Shown here in pieces: positions 59,463 to 64,000 of a DNA stretch of 64,000 nt; position 1 is the first letter of the stretch; each line of letters begins with the position of its first letter. The notes beneath the pieces were generated by a model. The model saw only the letters and a program-made list of their open reading frames with translations, searched no databases and had not been told where the DNA came from. Where the stretch lies: NCBI RefSeq assembly GCF_035594765.1, contig NC_085845.1, positions 29,506,024 through 29,570,023 of the forward strand. Direction: 5' to 3'. Both the position numbers and the translations under genes were made by a program. The stretch is from Anolis carolinensis (taxonomy: Eukaryota).

Positions 59463-61389
59463 TCCCACTCAAAAGAATTCCTGCAGGCTTTACTGCTGTT
59501 CCTCAGTTTCCAAAATGAGTATGGTTAGAAATCTGTGGCCTCCAAATATTGTTGGACGACAAGCCCCAGTAGTCTTAGTGATTGATAGAAGAATCCTGGG
59601 AATTGCAGGCCATAAACATCTTGAGAGCTACATAATTGCCTCTGATTTGGATGGGTTTGTTTCCTGCCAAGTTATGGGAAGTTGTCAATATTCCATAATC
59701 AACAATAATTCCAGAAGAGAAGTGCCAACAAATACTCAGTTTATCTGATGTACTGTTACTTCATTCTCTCGTCTCTGTCTGGTTTTCTTAACAGCCATGC
59801 ATGCATGAAGATGGGTTTTTTTTAATCATTGAGTAAGTCATGGGTTTGAAACATAAACTTCAATACACATGGCTGCATTAATGGAGAAATGTATATTTCA
59901 TTGATTTCCTGACCCCAATGGGATTTCCAGTGTTATATTTTCTTCCCTCTCCATGGGTCAAACTATTGATCAGCAGAGGATGTAACTTCTTTTTCACTGC
60001 ATCACAGTTCAGAAAGAACAAACAAGGGACTTCTAGAGGAATGGCAATATATTACAATGGCTGGAAAGGACTAAAAGCAATAGATTTATTTGGAGAACAT
60101 GCATGCATGTATGTGATCTTGGGTGATTTTCATTTGTTAAAACAAAACTGCCCATAGGAGATTGTTGAAATCTAGGGAAACTGTTAACAACTTTCAGAGG
60201 AAAATGCCATTACATGTTTACCTTGTCTGTCTTGTTTTGTTTAGAATGTGTACAAAAGTTAACTCCATGGGTGAAATGTCTTGTCTGATACGTTTGGGTT
60301 AACATCTCTCATCCCATATAAAGTTGTGTTGGTCTTCACCATGCCTCTCTTGAGAAGTCTGACTTTCAACTCTCTTCTTCATGTCAAGTTTCTACTCAAG
60401 AGTGGCAAAAACTTGCTTCCAAGCAAAAAAACTATATATGAAGGAAAATGCACTGGTATGTTGTGGTGTACACAATGTGTGACACCCACACTCTCTTTCC
60501 TGTGTCCCCCCACCCCACCCTGGAAAATTCCTATACTCACACATCTGTACCAATTGGATCAGATCCTTAATTAAACAACAGTGCTTGCACTGAAATACTT
60601 GAATTTTAAAAATAATTTTTACATTAACTCTTTATGGCATTTCAACAGAAAACAGAAAAAACAGAAAACAGTGTCAGAAAGATAGAGTCGTTTTGTTATG
60701 AACGATATTACATTGGGTCCTTGGTATATGTTGGAGTTTGGTTCCACAATTCCTGTAGATACCAAAATTCATAGATGTTCAAGACCCATTATATAAAATC
60801 ATGTAATAAAAATAACTTCTGTAAGCATAATTCGGTCCTCCTGCCCAATTCTATAGTATGCTTTGGATGGAAGACCAAGACACCATTCATTTGAGATAAG
60901 AAAAATAAGGTTTCAGTTTATGTGAAAACTATATTACATAAATAATGCTGGAATTGCATGTCTTAATAGTCAGGCCTCCTGTACTCTCACCCAGCAAAAC
61001 CTGTATTCACTCCAATAAAGCATGTTACAACAAAACTTTTGAAAAATGTATCAAACACTTTTCAGTATGCTAAGTGCTGTTGAGTACAAAAATTGCCTAC
61101 TTGCGTGCTCATACTGGAGTGCTTCTCAGACATGCTGGGAAAGTTTCACAGACTTTATCAGATAATAATTGTAGTGATTGCAAAACATATTTATGAATTC
61201 ACCAGCACCCATTACTTTCTCCAGAGAGCTCCCACACTTTTAAAGAACACTAATACCAACAATACCATTTAATGTCAGTAGCTGACTTTGACAGTAAAAA
61301 TCATACTTCTAAACTGAAGTGTGATGGCTAAAAACATTTATTTATGTAAAGAGAACATTCAATTAAAAATTTTAATAGAACCTGAAAGA

Positions 61390-61436
61390 ACACACACACA
61401 CACACACACATATTCATTCATTCATTCATTCATTCA
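61390..61436. repeat. (CA)n plus (ATTC)n compound microsatellite
   Basis: Read directly from the sequence. Confidence 0.95.
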
Positions 61437-61618
61437 AACTGTTAGGTCAGAAAGAGACATATCTTGAGTTAGTATGTTACAGGTGTGAAAACACATCAGC
61501 TTTATTCCATGTTTCAGAATATTATCAACATTCTTCTCCAGTCCTAGTTCTGCAACCTCCACTCCCAACCCCACACAAAAACTGTGTGGATTTTTCAATG
61601 TGGTTTCCCCCACTCTCA

Positions 61619-61650
<32 letters not shown>

Positions 61651-62629
61651 TAATGTATGCATTTGGTAGACATTCCTCTAAGATAGGCATGTTGTGTGCA
61701 TGCTCTGCAGACTAAAGTTTATTTTTGAGCATTTTTAAATGTATGCATTTTAGGTCATGCACATTATTCATAACTCCACCCCATTTCAGGTTTTGTTTGT
61801 GTGCAACTTTCCAAGGCAAAACTTGTTCTATCCCACTGCCAACCTTAGGAAATGCAAACTCTACACGTTTCTTTCAGACTCATAGAACACTGCCAAATGC
61901 AAATCTCTAGCCATCTATGAAGTTTGCTGCATGATTTGGGCAGATCTTGAAAAAGTGGGCACAGAGATTGGACAACAGTGCACAGAATGACCCCACTAGC
62001 CTGGCCACTGGATATGCGAAATGAAGCATTCTGCCAATTGCAGTCCTTTGGAAATAATTTGTACACATTTTGAATTTGGAGTTAGACATTGTCTTTTAAC
62101 TGGAGTCTTTTCACACTACAAAGTTAAAGCACTTTCCATCTCTATGATCCAAGACAGACAAGTGAATGTACAAATAGCTATTTTCCATTTCTATGAATGC
62201 AGTCACATAGAAGCTCCAGTTCAAAGCTAGAATATTCAAAAAATGTGCTAATCCAGCATCTCTTTATGGGGCTGGTCCTCAAATCCATCACATCTTGTCT
62301 AGAGCTGAGACATACTTATGTTGTAAAAGTTACTTCTGTGGACCATTCCTCACATAGTTTTGCCATGGTTATGCTCATTCAGGTGCTCCAAAAAGGTAAT
62401 TTCTCCACATTCTGCCTGAGCTCCAATCTCACAGGTGTTATGTGTCTGATCAAGACCAACTTGGATAAAGACAAAATCTGTGTCTCATTCATCCCAAAAG
62501 GATGACTTAGCCATACTGTGTGCAGAAGCTGCCTCAATTCCTCTGAAGTCACAGCAGACACCTTTGGTGTTCCATCTTGATTCAGAAGTAAGTTTGAAAA
62601 CAACAGACACTTCTTTTACACAAGTTTAC

Positions 62630-63580
62630 CTTAATTGCCTTAATGTTGATGACAACCTTTGTGATAAAATTCCAACATGCTGATGATAATGGCTCATTCA
62701 AAGGAAGACCTTAAACACCTCCACAGATGCATATGAAAAGCTTGGTCTCTCACGTTACATTGAGAAAACCAAAGTGCTCTACCAACAGGCACCAACCAAG
62801 CCCTCTACAATGCCAGAAGTACAGCTTAATGGTGTAATGCTAGCAAACGTTGACCCTTTCTGCTACCTAGGCAGTTTCCTCTCCACAACAACATCTGAAG
62901 TCTTTGAGTACAGCATCTTTTTTTTTTGAATGAAGCAGTGAGTGTTCGAGGATTGGGACATTTGTAGAAATACCAAGACACTTGTTTATAAAGCTATTGT
63001 CCTTCCAACTTTCTTATATGCCTGTGAAACATGGACCATCTACAAACTTAACTTTTGACTTCTGGAGAGATTCCATCAGCATTGGCTTCAAAAATCCAGC
63101 AAATCTCTTGGGAAATACAGACAAATATCAGCATTCTGGAAGAAGCTAGACCACTAGTACTGAAGCAATGATCCTCCGCCATCAACCACTGGAGTGGCCA
63201 CATTATCAGAATGCCCAAATAAGCTACTTTATTCTCAGCTCAAGGACAAAAAATGAATGTCAGTGGACAGCAAAAGAGATTTAAAGATGGGCTGAAAGCT
63301 TATCTTTAAAAAGGTGGCATAAAACTGAGAACTGGGAATCCCTAATACTCAAGCATTCTAACTGGAAGTTAACTGTTACCAAAAGTGCCATGGATTTTGA
63401 GGAAACACAGATAGAGGGTAAAGGGAGAAATGTGCCAAGAGGAAGGAGCATAAACAAACCCTTGTGATTGCCTTTAACCTGGAAACCTATGTCCTCATTA
63501 TGACAGATCATGTGGATCCAGAACAGGTCTCTACAGTAACTAACAGACCCACTGTCAAGACTCTATGCTTGGAAGAAGAT
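62630..63580 (+). mobile_element. Old, frameshifted RTE-clade LINE (distinct from BovB)
   Basis: Relics of ADD, EKTKVLYQ, F.YLGS, VYKAIVLPT.LYACETWT and LERFHQ spread across frames. Confidence 0.75.
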
Positions 63581-64000
63581 CATTGTCAGTATATGAAACA
63601 CGGGCAAGGGGGAATAGGCACAGATTCTCAAGTCACTCAAGACCTATTGCAGATGGATGGCATAAAGAGCTCTATAGATACTGTTAATTAGTTGATATTA
63701 ATTACCTGAAGCAAGATAAAGGACTCTCTTGCCTCATGTAATTTTGGGCAGTTGTATAAATTCTGGAGAGCTGTTTAAGTGTAGACAGCGAACTTATCAT
63801 CTTTAAGCTCTTTCATGGTCCTCAGCTCCCAGAAACCCTAGCCAGTCTGGCCAATGCCAAAGGATTGTGGGAACTATAGTCCAAAACAAATGCATGGCCA
63901 GTGGCTCTTGATCTTTAGCAAAGACATTACTGAAGCCAATGAACAACTGGACTGGGACTGAAGCTACCTGAGCTCTTTCCTAGATCTTTCCAGCACTTTT

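Noticed and set aside
2344-64000. First coding exon of ELOVL6 (MNMSVLTLQEYEFEKQF...)
   Set aside because: Not found by eye or in the ORF track; probably beyond the window. TBLASTN would settle it.

Overview
Eukaryotic, repeat-rich vertebrate DNA. The repeat complement (Sauria-type SINEs, BovB, CR1, L2, a chromodomain Gypsy, Penelope-like elements, Helitrons) points to a squamate, most likely Anolis; this is an inference. The only host-gene sequence I recognise is one 132-bp coding exon of the fatty-acid elongase ELOVL6 on the minus strand (2212-2343). I did not find the preceding coding exon, so 2344-64000 is probably one long intron, filled with nested transposable elements. Best signals: (1) a near-intact Neptune-type Penelope retroelement (RT plus GIY-YIG) with a complete type I hammerhead ribozyme and apparent spliceosomal introns in its flanks; (2) three short insertions of a second Penelope-like family with TSDs, two carrying minimal hammerheads (one as a head-to-head palindrome) and one an apparently collapsed 33-bp scar of that structure; (3) a chromovirus pol ORF that reads about 98 codons into the 3' LTR and ends in an HMGN-like RRSARIAAK motif; (4) non-autonomous Helitrons carrying captured MITE and SINE pieces; (5) an R4/Dong RLE fragment beside a TAA microsatellite. 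Family names come from motif recognition and memory, not database searches, and boundaries without a TSD are approximate.
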